From Octopus vulgaris (Eukaryota), in assembly GCA_951406725.2 (NCBI GenBank), contig OX597828.1, positions 39,556,001 through 39,620,000 on the forward strand: a stretch of DNA of 64,000 nucleotides, read 5' to 3'. Of this stretch, positions 1 through 14,839 are shown one piece after another (within the stretch, counting starts at the first letter, position 1; the number at the start of each line of letters is the position of its first letter). The notes beneath the pieces are model-generated. The model was given only the letters and a program-made list of their open reading frames with translations. It ran no database searches and was not told where the DNA came from. A program made the position numbers and the translations under genes.

Positions 1-2771
1 CAAGATGCCACGCAGTGGGACTGAACCTGGAACCATGTGGTTGGGAAGCAAGCTTCTTACCACACAGCCACGCCTGTGCCTAATGCATGCCCACTTTTCC
101 ATGCTTGCATGGGTCAGATGGAATTTGTTGAAGTAGATTTTCTATGGCTGGTTGCTCTTCCTGTCACCAACTCTCACCTGTTTCCAAGCAACATATCTCC
201 CCATGGCCAGACATGTTTTTCACAGAAGACTGGGAATGGAAAACCTTACTTGTATGGCAGTGATGTTCATTTACAATCAATGTATGATGTCAAGACAAGA
301 GTACACACACATGTATATATATTTGTAGACAGACAGACAGACAGACAGACAGATAGATAGATATGACAGGCTTCTTTCAGTTTCAGAAACTGAAAGACAC
401 CTGTGATATCTGTCTATTACAGGGCTTTGGTCAGCCTAGGTTGATGGTAGGATAGACTTGCCCAAGGTGCTGCGCAGTGATGATGTTGTTGGGGGAGCAA
501 GCTTCTCTACCTCACAGCCATTCTTGCTCCTGTCTAACAAAAGCACCAAATGATGTTATAGCTATTACTCAACCACAAAAATTGACATGATGGAAATTAA
601 AGCCTTTTCTTTTTTCTCCAGAGATTCAAAAGAAATGGCAGTTTGGTTGAGTTATGAAGGAGTTGGTCAAAATGTCTTATGATATTTATTCTGGAACTGT
701 GCATTCTGAGTTCAAACTCTACCAAGGTCATCTTTGCCTTTTATCCTTCTGGTATAGATAAATCAATAGTTCTTAATAGAGGTCCATATGACCTTTGGAG
801 ATCCTTATGATCCTTGGAGGTCCATATAAAATCTCATTGTCAAATTTTATGTGCAATAATTTAGTTATATTTCCTACAACACACATAACACATTTTTTCT
901 ACACAATTCCTAACACCATTTAACTATAAAAATATAATAGGATTTTTTAAAAACATTGAATGGTTATGAGGCTCCAGTAAAGTAGGATAGGAATTAAAGG
1001 GGTCAAGAGGTAAAAAAAAAAAAGGTTTAGAACCACTGAGATAAATGATGTGCCTTCTAGGATTAGTGGAAATGTTACCTCATTGGAGGGAATGCCTTGC
1101 TGTAGGTGTTCATCTTCTTTGCATTTTGATTACAAGGTCAGCTATGGCCTAGGGGCCTAATAAGCAGAATTAATCTGTTGCCCAGTTTCATATCATCACA
1201 TGGCTCTTGGGTACTTTAAAGGAGTTTATTTTGCTGCAAGCCTTCAGATTAGGCCTCCAGTTTGAGGATACCTCTCCCTTCTTCTCTTACCAGACTCAGA
1301 AGCACTATAAAGCAGTGGTTCTCAATCATTTTTTGTCTATGGACCCCTTTTATTCCTATTTTACACTTAAATGGACTATCCTAGCCATTTGATGTTTAAA
1401 AAAAATCATATTATATTTTTATAATTAAATATTAATAGGAATTGTATAAAAAATCTGAAAACTGCAGGTATAAGTTGCTCCCCATTCACTCCATCCTGCC
1501 CCCTTTCTCAACATAGACCTAGGACTGACTATGCTAGATACTATCCTGGAAGTTGAGGGGAAATCCATAACCCTGGATAGGGGCCCATTCCAAGTACTGT
1601 CAGCAGGAGCCAGTTGAATCAATGACATAGGTAAGGCAGAGCTGTTATGTACCATATGTGCTTTAGGAATTAATAAATTTCTTTTCTGAGATAATGAATA
1701 ATGTGTTCAACATTATAGAATTTTCAAAAACAATTAGAGACTATTAAATATGATGCCTTTTTTTTGGATAACCCATTCAAATGGCCTAGCATTGACCTGG
1801 GTTCCTTGTGGCTGCCGTTACTGAAGAATTGAACTAAAATGCCCTCATCTGCTTTGTTTAGGAAAACAGGATTTCTAAGTGCATTATCTTAAGATAAGGT
1901 ACATATCTGAACATTGTCCAAACCTCATAATCTAAATCATATATCTTTGACAAATATCTAATCTTATCCCATTCTATTGTATCTTATCTTCATTAATATT
2001 ATGTTATGTCATTTGATGATACTTTATGACATTCTCTTATTGTTTACAAACAATACTGGTGATCAAACTTTTATTCGTAGATTGTATTACACAAGCATAA
2101 TTAAACAAGCATTGTTTAGTTTAAGAATATTGCTTGATTCCTGGGGGAACTTACTGATGTCCACACTTCTGATAACATTTATACCAGGTATTAAAATCTG
2201 AACAAACAACCTAATACCTTAATGAAACATTTCTTAATGCAGCAATTCATGAGTTGTGATATCGTTTATTCCTGCCTCTTCTCTGAACTAGTATCAAAGA
2301 TTTCATTTTGCCATCACTCAGACAGATTTTAATAAATCTTTCCTTGGTAGCCTGCTAAAAGCAATGTGCAGTAATACGAAGTGTCTCTGTGGTTGTAAAG
2401 ATTAAAGTCTGATATATTCAGTGAGGTTATATGAGTAGTATGGATTATTTGTGGTTATTAAAACTAAAAACTAATATATTCAGGAAGGTATAAGTGTAGC
2501 ATGGTACAAGGGTAGCAAAAGTACATTTTTTTGAAATGGGATACAAATAATACTTCAAGTACCAGTGTATTTAGGTCAAAAAATAAAGGTGCTGTGATGA
2601 GTGCATGGATAAATTATTGGTTTCTTGACCAAAAGGTTATGCATTTGTAACTTTTCATTGAAGTGAAAACTGAAGAGAAGGTACATGGAAGTAGAATGAT
2701 ACAACATCTGAAGAATGATTTTACTAAATAAATATATATATATACATATATATATACACATATATATACAT

Positions 2772-2812
<41 letters not shown>

Positions 2813-2813
<1 letters not shown>

Positions 2814-3069
2814 TCGTGGTTGTAGGATTGCGGTTTCGATTCCCAGACCAGGCGTTGTGAGTGTTTATTGAGCTAAAACACCTAAAACCTCCACGAGGTT
2901 CCGGCAGGGGGTGGTGATCCCTGGTGTACTCTTCCACCACTCTTTCTTCAGTTGGCCTGCTCGCTTAGCCAGCGGGGTGGCGTCATTCGAGGGCTAAAAC
3001 AATGCGAATGCATTGTGACCAGCGATGTGTAACTACATCTGATGGACTGGTTGGTCACGTGATCACGTG

Positions 3070-3070
<1 letters not shown>
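2813..3070 (+). mobile_element. SINE head B (5'-truncated) + tail 3
   Basis: Head B up to tactcttccaccac, then ttagccagcggggtggcgtcattcgagggctaaaacaatgc...ggtcacgtgatcacgtga. Confidence 0.85.
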
Positions 3071-3100
<30 letters not shown>

Positions 3101-3445
3101 TTTGTATGTATGTGCAAAATAGAATGCATGTATATTTTTTTGAAGTAGTAGATTTCCTTGTTGCAATTTGGCATTTTTCCCAGTGTATGATCTTGAAGGC
3201 AGCAAAAAGAGGAAAAAAAAACAAAATATATATATAGATATATGCATATATAAATGCATATTTTACTTTACTCACAATTACTCTCTTGCTATATATAATA
3301 CATACATACATTACATACATACATAGCTGCATGTGTGTGTATGTGTGTATATATAATAACCACTGCAGAATAGTTTGTACAAACAGAACATCCACATTTA
3401 AGCAGGCATAAATATTACCTCCCAGTATTAACACTGCCTTTGTAG

Positions 3446-3483
<38 letters not shown>

Positions 3484-3970
3484 AGAGAGAGGTATAGAAA
3501 TGCTGGAATAAGAGGTTGGTGAAATGAGGTGAACGGGTGGAAAGAGAGAGGGACTATTCCAAGTATAATATCAAGAGAGTGGGTGGCCAGCCATTCAAGT
3601 TAATAGTTATATGGCGGAAAGGGCCATTAAGGATATGACTAAGATGCTGAAAATACCAAGCAAAGTGGGACATGCCCCTCTCACTTCAAAAAAGTCAATA
3701 GCAGAGGGAGAGAGAGAGCAATATCATCACCATCTTTCACTTGTGTGTGTGTGTGTGTGTGTGTGTAGACTGTTTGTTTTAAGAGGGTGGAACACACACA
3801 CACACATACACACACACACACACATGTAGATAATTGTAAGTTTCCCTTTCTCCGTCTCTTTTTCAACTCATATTTATCTCCACAAATTAGTTTCCCACAC
3901 TTTTTCTACGTTATCGCCACATACATGCATACATACGTGTGTGTGTGTGTGAGTATGTATATACATACAT

Positions 3971-4005
<35 letters not shown>

Positions 4006-5766
4006 TACATACATACACACACATACATACATATATATTTATTTCGGTGTTTATGGTTTTGTTAAGCAGTGTTGAGTTTAACAATTCAGTAAATAATAAT
4101 AATGGTATTCCTTTTTTAAAAGCTTAAAGCTTATAGTGGTCACTGTGCAAATGACTAAAGAAAATTCTCTAATATGCCATATTAGACTATTCCCGTTAGT
4201 CATATGCACAGTGATTGCTATAAGCTTTAATCTCATAAAAAAGAAATACCATTAATATATATATTGTCGTTCAATGCTCGAAATGAGGAGCAGATAGAGA
4301 GCCGACAACTGATGAAGAGTCATTCTTTATGTCACTTGTCATGTTTTCCATTTTTTTCTCTCGTTTGTGTATTGAACTCATTTGCTTTTGTATTTCATGT
4401 TGTTTACTGTTTGGTGACGTCCTGTACCCATATATGCATGTGTGTATGTAAGAGGCACTCCGTTTGTTACAACGATGAGGGTTCCAGTTGATCCGATAGA
4501 TGGAACAGCCTGCTCGTGAAATTAACGTGCAAGTGACTGAGCACTCCACAGACAATTGTACCCTTCACGTAGCTCCTGGGTAGATTCAGCAAGTCACTGA
4601 GTGTGACAAGGCTGGCCCTTTGAAATACAGGTACAACAGAAACAGGAAGAAAGAGTGAGAGAAAGTTGTGGTGAAAGAGCACTGCAGGAATTGCAACGAC
4701 CCCCTGCTGCAGCCTTGTGGAGCTTCAAGTGTTTTCACTCAATAAACAATCACATGCTCAGTCTGGGAATTGAAACCATGATCCCAGGATCGCAAGTCTG
4801 TTGCCCTAACCACTAGAACATTGCGCATCCGCTGTATATATATGTGTGCGTGTATACATATATGCATGTGTATATATATATATATACACACACATACATA
4901 TACATATATATAAACATATATACATACATATACATACACATAGATATTGAGTGGCCTTGCTCGAATATATCTATATCAGACGATTATCTAAACACTTCCT
5001 CTACATGTAAGTGTTTGACGCACAGAAATTATCTTTTATTTATTTATCAAATACATATCAAACCAGATTTACTCTCACCCCCACTCTCATTAGAACTAAT
5101 CTAATCTAACCAATTTCCTCACATTAAGTTGCATTAATGAGCAGTTATCTTTTAAAAAATATTAAAATGTTTCCTTTATACCATGGCAACGACGTTGATG
5201 ATGATGATGATGATGATGATGATGACCAACCCCTTTGTGAACAGTACTGTTGGTGGTTACAGGTTTACAGTGGGCCTATCAATGCTTCACAGTAGTTCTG
5301 ATGATGAAGTGAGGGTGACCAAAGCATCTGTGCATTTGGGTTAGAGTAACTACTATAGAGTAGGCATCTCCAACTATTGGGTTGTGGGCCAGTACTGGGC
5401 CACACAGAAAGAATAAATTTTAAAACCATATTTCTATTTTATTGACTATTTCAGTCTGCAGAATGTTGAACTTATGATCACCAGATCATGGGTGGTGTGT
5501 TGTATTCTTGAGCAATACATTACACTTCATGTTGCTCTAGTACTGTGTGTGGGACCCGGCATGCCAAGGAATAGACCCCGATGTTTCCTCTGTGTGTTGT
5601 AAAAGGTGACTAAAATAGGTTGAGATAGGATTTGTACTCGGACCTCATAAAACCCTCACCAACAGGTGAAGGGTTGTTACCCGAGTAGTAGAAAGGGGTC
5701 ATCTGTCAGGAGTAGGGAATCAGCAACAAATTGGAGATACTGCTGCTGCAACTGCAACTACTACTA

Positions 5767-5810
<44 letters not shown>

Positions 5811-6331
5811 ATTGTCCATTATAAATGTATTATATAACATCATCATCGTTTAACCATGCTGGCAAACTGAGGAAACACGGTCAGTGCCAGGATAATATAT
5901 CCCTTTAAACTATATATAGTTAATGTAGTTGGCCTGTATTTTACAATGCCTACACTGTGGAAAGTAAGCCAATGTATATACATCTTGCTATTCTTATAAA
6001 GAAAGATTACCCTGATGCAGTTCATAAATGGTCGTCCACTCTTCAGATGACAGACGCCCCACATCCTCAGTTTATGAGGAGCATTTAATAGCTATTACTA
6101 TTTAAATGAAACATATCCTACGATTTAGCTGAAACAACTAAACCAAGTTGCATATCATGCATTTTCCTGGGGCTTGTTTAATAAATTAAATACATAATAT
6201 ATGCACAAACAGCATGTATTAGAAAATCTAAGAGGAATCTAATGTAATTAGCGATGGTTTATAAAGCCTACACAGTGGAAAGTAAACAAGAGTAAACACT
6301 TCTTGTCATCCTTTTCACACACTGAAAAATA

Positions 6332-6430
<99 letters not shown>

Positions 6431-6454
6431 GAGATAACCGACCATGGCTATTCC

Positions 6455-7320
6455 TTAGGATATGAAGGAAGAGAAAGAAGACAAACAATCAGAGATAGTT
6501 GTTGAGAGCTTGAAGGGGTTAGTGGAGAGCAACCCTGATTATATGACTAGGGTGATTGCTGAGATTCTCCAAATAGCCAAATCGAGTATTGAAAACCATT
6601 TGCATCAACTTGGTTACATGAACAGACTCAATGTTTGGGTCCCACATCAGTTGAATGAGAAGGACATGGCCCAATGAAGGTCTATCTGTGATTTGTTGCT
6701 GATACATGAAGAAAATGATGCTTTTTTAAAGAAAATAGTAAGAAAAGATTGCTCCAATGATAATGGAGTGGACAGTGGAGATGCAAAAAGATGTCTCGGT
6801 GGGATTGGAAGAGTCTTGTCTTTTATGAACTTTTTCCTACAAAAAGGACCATCAATATAGCTGTGTACTGTGACCAGCTGGACAAATCAAATGCAGCAAT
6901 CTACCAGAAGTGTCCAGAACTTGTTAATCATAAAGGCACACAATGCTAAACCACGCAATTCTTTGTAGATAAAGCAGACGTTACAGGAGCTTGGCGGGAA
7001 AGTTTTGCTTCACCCTCCAAATTTGCCCAAACTTACCCCTATGGATTTTCACCTGTTTTAGTCTCTTCAAAATTCATTGAATGGATAGTCCTTCAATGTT
7101 GAAGAAGATGTAATGATTCAACAGGAAGAGTTCTTTACCAGTAGGGACAGGAAATTCTTTGAACAGAGAATAATGAACCAACCGCATAAGGTGGCTGACG
7201 ATACTGAAACTAAACAGCTATTATATCATTGATTGAATAAATCACTTTATGTTTAAAACTTGAATCATATTTTCCCTTAAAAAAAAAAGCAAACAACTAA
7301 CTTTATGGCTAATCCAGTAT
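6455..7320 (+). mobile_element. Decayed mariner transposase with right TIR
   Basis: HLHQLGY...VWVPHQL, KRTINIAVYCDQL and HPPNLPKLTPMDFHLF (YSPDLAPSDYHLF-like); ends ...ggctaatccagta-TA. Confidence 0.9.
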
Positions 7321-7827
7321 ATAACTGTGTGTGTGTGTGTGTGTGTAATAAACAAATGCATAGGAAGCATATCAAATTTTTCCTGGGAAGACACTGAGTA
7401 AATAATATAAACTTATAAGCTTCATGGCCTGAAGTGAGTGGTTAGCAAGACCGGTTTAAGAGCATGAGAATAGAGGGGACCATATGCATTATTCAACAAT
7501 CTTTTTTTAACCTATATCAAGCAATGGGAATATTAAAGTGAAACAACATGAAGGTGCAGCAAGGAAATGCGTGATAGTTTGATGTGATAAACTGCATGAA
7601 ACTCACACAGTTAATGCTTTCAGTTTGCCGACAGCAACGGGGAAGAGGTCTGATGTTTCAGTTTGCAGCTTTAAAAGAGGTCACCACAAACAGTGTAGTG
7701 CAGAGCCATGATTTGCTGCATGTTCTTCTTCATAATATATGCCAAGTCTTGCTGACGTGACAAATTGCACCTGGTCCACACTGTTAAGGAGATTGGTGAT
7801 ACAAAGAACAGCCTCTATCCTATAAGC

Positions 7828-8460
7828 CAGGGGTGGGCGAACTTTTTTGATCGCGGGCCGCACAGTGCGTCTTTGGAACCTTGGCGGGCCTCATTTATAA
7901 AAATCGAGTGAAAATATTTTTAAAGGCGGTTATAGACCTATAAACACACAATCGATTGAAAGGAAATTTTGTGAAATATTCCTGGTTTAAGTGATTTAAT
8001 TTAATTTTTAGAGTATCGGGTTCATGTTTTTCGGTTATTTGCTCCTATAGTTGAAATTATTACAGGAACCTCGGTTATTTTGAACAGCCTGTTATTGCTT
8101 ACAAATTGCCAGGAACGGAATTTTACTAGGAAAATCTGCACTAATTGTGGACAACCACCTCTTAATATTATGGACAACCATATCTTCACCCGGAAATGTG
8201 TTTTATTATGATGTCATGGGAATATTTCTCGAAATTTTTCATCGCTTCACTGTAGCTGAAACAAACAAACAGCGGACAATTTTGTGAAGGCACGAAACAG
8301 TGAACTGAAATAAAATGCAAACTATTGTGAATTACCGTACAACTGAAACAGTTACGAAGTATCTGCATAGAAGTTGGGATTCATAAAAGCTCTTGGCGGG
8401 CCGCATGAAAACCCATGGCGGGCCGCATGCGGCCCGCGGGCCGTAGTTTGCCCACCCCTG
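7828..8460. mobile_element. Young non-autonomous hAT (Charlie/Buster-type) element
   Basis: TIRs CAGGGGTGGGCGAACT / AGTTTGCCCACCCCTG (1 mismatch); perfect 8-bp TSD ctataagc (7820-7827, 8461-8468); CpG-rich gcgggccgc subterminal motifs. Confidence 0.95.
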
Positions 8461-8690
8461 CTATAAGCCATGCCCTACCCAACCTCCTAAAAAAGGAAAA
8501 CATTACATACACAACAAAACTGATCAATGTAGGTGCCGGTATGGCTGTGTGGTAAGAAGCTTGGTTCCCAACTACATAGTTCTGGGTTCAGTTCCAGTGT
8601 GGCACCTTGGGCAAATATCTTCAACTATAGCCTCAGGCTGACCAAAGCCTTGTGAGTAGATCTCGTAGACAGAAACTGAAAGAAGCCCAT

Positions 8691-8738
<48 letters not shown>

Positions 8739-9068
8739 CATACATACATACTAGCAGAGATACCTGGCCTTGCTTGGGATTAAAATAGCGAAGTTTTTTT
8801 ATTCTGTAACTTGTTTAAGTCATGTGACTGCAGCCATGCTGGAGCACCACCATTAGTCAAAAAAATCGACCACAGGATTTTTTCTTTGTAAGCTTACTAC
8901 TTATTCTATCAGTATGCTTTGCTGAACCACTAAGTCATGGGAACGTAAACACAGCAACATCAGTAATCAAGCAATGGTGGGGGTACAAACAAAGACACAC
9001 ACACATACACATATATGACAGTCTTCTTTCAGTTCCCATTTATGAAATCCAGTCACAAGGCTATATAT

Positions 9069-9112
<44 letters not shown>

Positions 9113-10265
9113 TCACGATCATCATCATTTAACGTCTGCTTTCCATGCTAGCATGGGTTGAACGATTTGACTGCCACCTGCACAGGAGTCAGTCCAACGT
9201 TACTGGTAATGATCACACTCAAATGTTGCTTTTTACGTGCTATGGCATGGAAGCCAGACAGCTGGTCTGGCAGTGATCCAGCTCAGATGGAGCTGTTAGC
9301 ACTCCACTGGCACAGGTGCCAGTCATCGAATTTGGTTCAATTTCAATTTCACTTGCCCCAAAAGGTCTTCGCAAGCAGAGTTTAGTGTCCATGCTCCAGC
9401 ATGGCCAGTCTAATGAGTGAAACAGTAAAAGATGAAATATAAAAAAGATTCTATCTGTTGCTGTGTGCATCATATGATACAAATATGCAACAAATGACAA
9501 GACACTATGAGAACCTTCCAACACATGCCACTTGTGTGCTGGGTGCAAAAAGATGATGACAATGATGATGATGATGATTGCTAGGATGTGCATTACTCTT
9601 GGAAGTTTGGGTAAAACAAGATAAAGCAGTTGTCTTGAAATGGTAACAGTTCTTCTCTGTTGCTACTGGAACATGGCCTTGGCTTTTCTGAACCACTCTC
9701 ACCCAAGCCCAACAAACATATTTCTCCACTCCTAGTCACTCATACTGTGTCTGCTAACCAGGTCCCACTCCTCCTGTGTCTGCTAACCCCCACCCACCAC
9801 TACCAGGTCCCACTCCTACTCTGTCTGGCACTTGACCTTGCACAAGCCAGTGTGTCTAACTCTTCCTCCCACTGCACAACCACCTTTCCAGTGTTCCCTT
9901 CTTGTTTACAATGACTTACATATGTTCAAACAGAACATCAACCATATTAATCTCACCAGTCTTGGAGAGTCTGTGAAAATCAAGGGCACAAGTTGGAGGG
10001 TCGACAAGGTTGTTCATCTCCTTCAACCATTAATGGATACTTCTGACCATGAACAAAAATAAGCAAAAATTCACGCCACCACTGACTGAACTGGAATGTT
10101 TCACACAACAGACCAACTAAAGAAGCAGTAAAAATAAGGGCCACATACTGATCTCATCCAACTTGCCTGCAGGTACACAGTGGCAACAAAAGAATGTCTA
10201 CATGGTTCAGCAACCTGTTAGAAATAGCAATTAAACCTCCCTCAAAACCATGCCCTACATTCTTA

Positions 10266-10490
10266 TTTCTTGACTGCCCACAAGGGGCTACACACAGTGG
10301 GGACAAACAAGGACAAACGGATTAAGTTGATTATATCGACCCCAGTGCGTAACTGGTACTTATTTAATTGACCCCGAAAGGAAGAAAGGCAAAGCCGACC
10401 TCGGTGGAATTTGAACTCAGATCGTAGCGCCAGACGAAATACCGCTAAGCATTTCGCCCGGCATGCTAACGTTTCTGCTAGCTCGCTGCC
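10266..10490 (-). mobile_element. tRNA-derived SINE family D; also at 24298-24515, 52655-52852 and older copies (640-770, 17875-18010, 24650-24800, 32060-32170)
   Basis: B box gagttcaaattcc; 16-bp TSD atgccctacattctta / atgctctacattctta. Confidence 0.88.
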
Positions 10491-12337
10491 ATGCTCTACA
10501 TTCTTAGAAAAGACATTGGATAATACAGCTACTGACGTGAGACCAGACAACAGCAGCAACAACAACAACAACAACAGTAAGAACAATAACAAGCAAACTT
10601 AAACAAACAATATGGAGAGAATACAACAAGCCCAGAATGCTTCACAACATATTGCATGATTCAAACCTCAACACACTGGAAAGTGTTGAATGTTAGAGGC
10701 ATGGAAGATCCAGAACAACAAATCTGTATGTAGTACCTGGTTGTAAGGCCAGCTGCCTATATACAACAAACGAGAAAAACAGGATGGTTTAGACATGTCT
10801 ATGTTTGTTTGAACACAACTTAATCTGTGCCATAAATATTGAATAACATTGTATGCAGCAGCCAAGTGTATCTCAATGGAGATAAAATATTTTTGGCTGA
10901 ATGGCTTATACAAAAGTATGTTGTTTGTGTGAGGAAGACAGAAAAAAAAACTGATACTAATGAACATGCTAACCAGAGCATGAACTTTAATGGAAAAGAA
11001 ATGAGGTGGGTGGTGGAGAGGTGATGGTAGTGTGTGTGTTAACTGCGTAGCACAATTGAATTGAGAGAAAAACTGGTTATAAGAGAGATAGGATGTAGCA
11101 TATAAGAGAGAGAGAAGACAGTACTGGTATGGGCATATGATATATGTGGATCATCTGTTGTATGAAAAAAAAGGCAGAGAACCCCAAAATACATGCAACT
11201 TGAGAGATCAAGGAAAATATGGGAGGAAGAAGCAAAGTCTCATCTCAGGATAGGCTGAACCTCATAAAGGTGATGAGAAAGGACTGTAACAAGTGATGTA
11301 ATGTTGTACTAGAAATTATTTCCCATGCTTTCTCCTACATGCATGGAAAATGGGATGAAAAACTGATGTAAAACTTGGGATTTATATCTACACCTGGGTC
11401 TCTATTTAGACCCCATCTACCACTCTCTACCTCCTGTTTGTTACCTTTTCAGGTATCACACTCTCTCTCCTATCAATATACCTCCCTACCGTTACTCGCT
11501 CTTTCATCATGTTGCCTGTATAATGAGGGATGGATTCACACTGGAGCTCTGTATTCAACTCCCCTTTACCATCACCCTTTTTTACTGCTAGCCATAATCC
11601 TCTCTCCCCTATTACTCCCTTTCCCTACCACTCACTATAACTTTCATGCTTTTGCCTTAATCCGTCTTCAATGTTATTGATTAATCTATCTCACATTATT
11701 TCCTCCTTTATCACTTTCTTGCTTCCTCCCTACTTGCCTCTCTCTTAATCTCTCCTCCTTACTTTCAGCATTCCCTCTTCTATCACTTCGCCCTCTTATA
11801 TTGTTCTCTTTCTTCTCAACACATCACTTTTGTTGATTCTATTCAATCTCCTTACCAACAACCATCATTTATCTGCCTATCATTCCTTCATTTACTCTCT
11901 CTCTTATCATCTACATGTTACAATCACTCGGATTGTTTTCTTTAATTCTTCTGTCACTCTCTTGTACTGGCTCTTGTCACACCCAGTTGGGTGGGAAACA
12001 AGAATGAATATATATAAACGATGCAGGAAAAAGGAGACGCTTTTTCATCTTGATAGGGATGAGGCATCCATCAGGTATCTGATAAACAAAGGAGCAGGGT
12101 CAACATAAGGAGAGTGAACCCTTTAATCTAGCTGCAGACAAGATGTCTCTAGTGTTGATGCTTTGATAAAATGCATCCAGATACTATGTAAAATGATTGG
12201 TGATAAGTTACAGCCACAATTTGAAACCATACCAAAAACAGAATGTGGTCCCTAATTGATTACAACTGACTTTAGCCAGGGTGACCCAACATGGAAACAC
12301 AGAAATAAAAATGATGATCATGTATGTATATATATAA

Positions 12338-13966
12338 GGTAAGGGTAAAGACTCCCTTTGGTCATGAATGAGCATGGGATTGCACCTAGAAAGTTACCCA
12401 TGTCATCCCATGTCTTCCTGGGTCTACCTCTTCTATAGGTTCCCTCCACTGTTAGAGTGTGACACTTCTTCACACAACTGTCTTCATCCATATGCATCAC
12501 ATGACCATACCATCACAGTCGTCTCTCTTGCACACCACATCTGATGTCTCATATGTCCAACTTTTCTCTCAGGGCGCTCACACTCTGTCATGTATGCACA
12601 GACATTACACATCCAGCAGAGCATACTAGCTTCATTTCTTTCAAGCCCATGCATGTCTTCAGCAGTCACAACCCATGTTTCACTGCTGTGTAGCATGATT
12701 GTTTGCACACAAGCATCACGCAGTCTGCCTTTCACTCTGAGCGAAAGGCCCTTTGTTATCAGCAGAGGTAAGAGCTCTCTGACCATTGCCCAGGTTATTC
12801 TTATTCTAGCACCTCCACTACTAACTTGGCCACCTAAGGTAACAGAAGCTATCAATTACTTCTAGTTTTTTTTGCCCTGGCATATGATGGAATCTGCTTT
12901 CTGTACATCATCAGTGTTTATTGCACCTGCGCATCTACCATAAACACAAAAATTATTTTCCTTGTTAACCTTCCTCTGATATTGCTGCACCTCTTATGTG
13001 TCCCTAGCTTACGTCGGGTACAACCTATGGAGTTACTACCTACACCTTTTTTACAGATCAAGCAGGGCCGTCTACCCAAAGGGATTTGTGATTTGTCTGC
13101 TCTCCTACTTACTAAGACTTTGGTTTTTGCTAGATTAACTCTAAGACCCTACAATTCTAGACCAAGCTTCCACACCTGGAACTTCTCTAGTTCTGGTAGT
13201 GATTCAATTATAAGAACAAAGTCATCAGCACAGAGGAGCTCCCAGGGGCATCCTGTCTTGAATTCCTCTGTTAGTGCCTGGAGGACTATGATGAATAAGA
13301 GGGGACTGAGAACTGATCCTTGGTGGACCCCTACCTGGAATTCTTCACTATACACATTGCTTGTACAGCTCTCATCAATCACTCATCTACCCCTAGCTAT
13401 TACATTGACCACCAGATAAGGGAGTGGGGACTCTGTCAAAGGCTTTCTCTGTGTCAACAAAACCCAGGTACAGGGGTTTATTTTAAGTGAGATATTTCTC
13501 CTGCAGGTGCCTAACCAGGAATATAGCATCAGTTGTGTTCCTGCCTGGCACAAATCCAAACTGCATCTCATCTATACTAACTTTCTTCCAAATTAATTGA
13601 GCTATGACCCTTTCTGTGACTTTCATTATGTGGTCCAGCAATTTAGTGCCTCTGTAATTATTCTTAAGGCATCACTTTTGCCTTTGTAGCAGTTGACTAT
13701 AATACTGCTACACCATGACTTCCTTGTAGACAACCTGATTAACGATACAGGTGACTAGGTTAAATCCTACTCCACCAGAAACCTTAAGGATCTCAGGGGT
13801 GATTCCTGATGGGCCAGGGGCTTTCCCTGTCTTCATGTCCATAACTGCTTTATCTACTAAGCTACTGTCAAGTCGGATAGCAATTCCCTGCTACCTGGAC
13901 ACTTCCAGTCCTGTTTCTTTGCTCTAATGGCCTTGTCTACAGCATTGTTCCATTACCACATCATCC
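12338..13966 (-). mobile_element. Decayed RTE LINE ORF2, same family as 62592-64000
   Basis: GVHQGSVLSPLLF, WELLCADD, RGRPRKTWDD and LERNEASML across shifted frames. Confidence 0.92.
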
Positions 13967-14019
13967 TATATATATATATATATATATATAAAATACATAT
14001 GTATAATATCTAGTTGAAA

Positions 14020-14190
14020 TTTGAAGATGAAGACAAGTGTATTCAACAAAAGATGAAGCAGGTGTATTAGTTTGACGCTCGGCAAGTGAGAAAGTCTTTT
14101 ATGTTTTGAGCCTATGCTCTTCAACAGAAAGGAATATGAGGAAATAGAGAATAAAAAAACTTGTGGATTTAGTGATTAATCATGGCAACA
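14020..14190 (-). mobile_element. Penelope-like terminal-repeat fragment with degenerate hammerhead (14096-14131)
   Basis: Minus strand CTTT-CTGTTGA-A-GAGC ATAG GCTC-AAAA-CA-T-A-AAAG; same layout as the 40758 motif, with CpG-type decay. Confidence 0.45.
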
Positions 14191-14839
14191 TACACAAACA
14201 CAAATATGCATACTTACTTTTCCACATTTTCCATGTAAATTACGTATAGATATACATACAAACAAATTTATCTACAAACTTATGTGTCCACCCACACACA
14301 TTCCTATACATGCATTTAACTATATCTAACAACACAGATATGTACATTATCAGTGTGCAACATATCATTTAGGTCATTGTAAGTCACCTTGTTGTTTACA
14401 TGAGCACAGTTCTACATTACAACCCAGTTCCTTGTGTAGCCGAGTAACACACTATAACTAAAATGTATTCTAATAGAAATAAGTGAAAAGAAAAGTAAAA
14501 AACGAGGTACCTTTTGACAAATCACCTGATGAAATGCATTTGCACCTTTGATGCACCACAACTGTTTGTACAGGATCTCACCTGCAGGGCACCAGTGCAC
14601 GATGGGTTAAAACTATCATAATAAATAATAAAGAATCTCATGAATTCCATTTCCTTTCTCTCATAATTTTATAAAGTCTACGGACATGAAGGGATTCCTG
14701 AAGTAAATCCACTGGCATTTGAATCCATACATTCGATGACATCAGGTAGCCGAATACTGTGCACGGGCTTTAAAAGGCATACTACAAGGTGTATGCCCGA
14801 ATATAAAATTATTACTTGTATATGTGTGTGTTCACATTG

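Noticed and set aside
2154-2197. AG/GT-bounded ~43-nt minus-strand segment
   Set aside because: Does not encode the expected next INTS14 exon; such site pairs arise by chance in long introns.
5183-5344. ATG-initiated poly-Met ORF and ccatggcaac half X-box
   Set aside because: The (GAT)n microsatellite explains the ORF; the motif is only a half site with no promoter context.
5990-6090. Protein-like short frames (KDYPDAVHKW... on +, DVGRLSSEEW... on -) and a CTGAAGA motif
   Set aside because: No recognisable homology, no consistent splice pair, and no GAAA or stems for a hammerhead.
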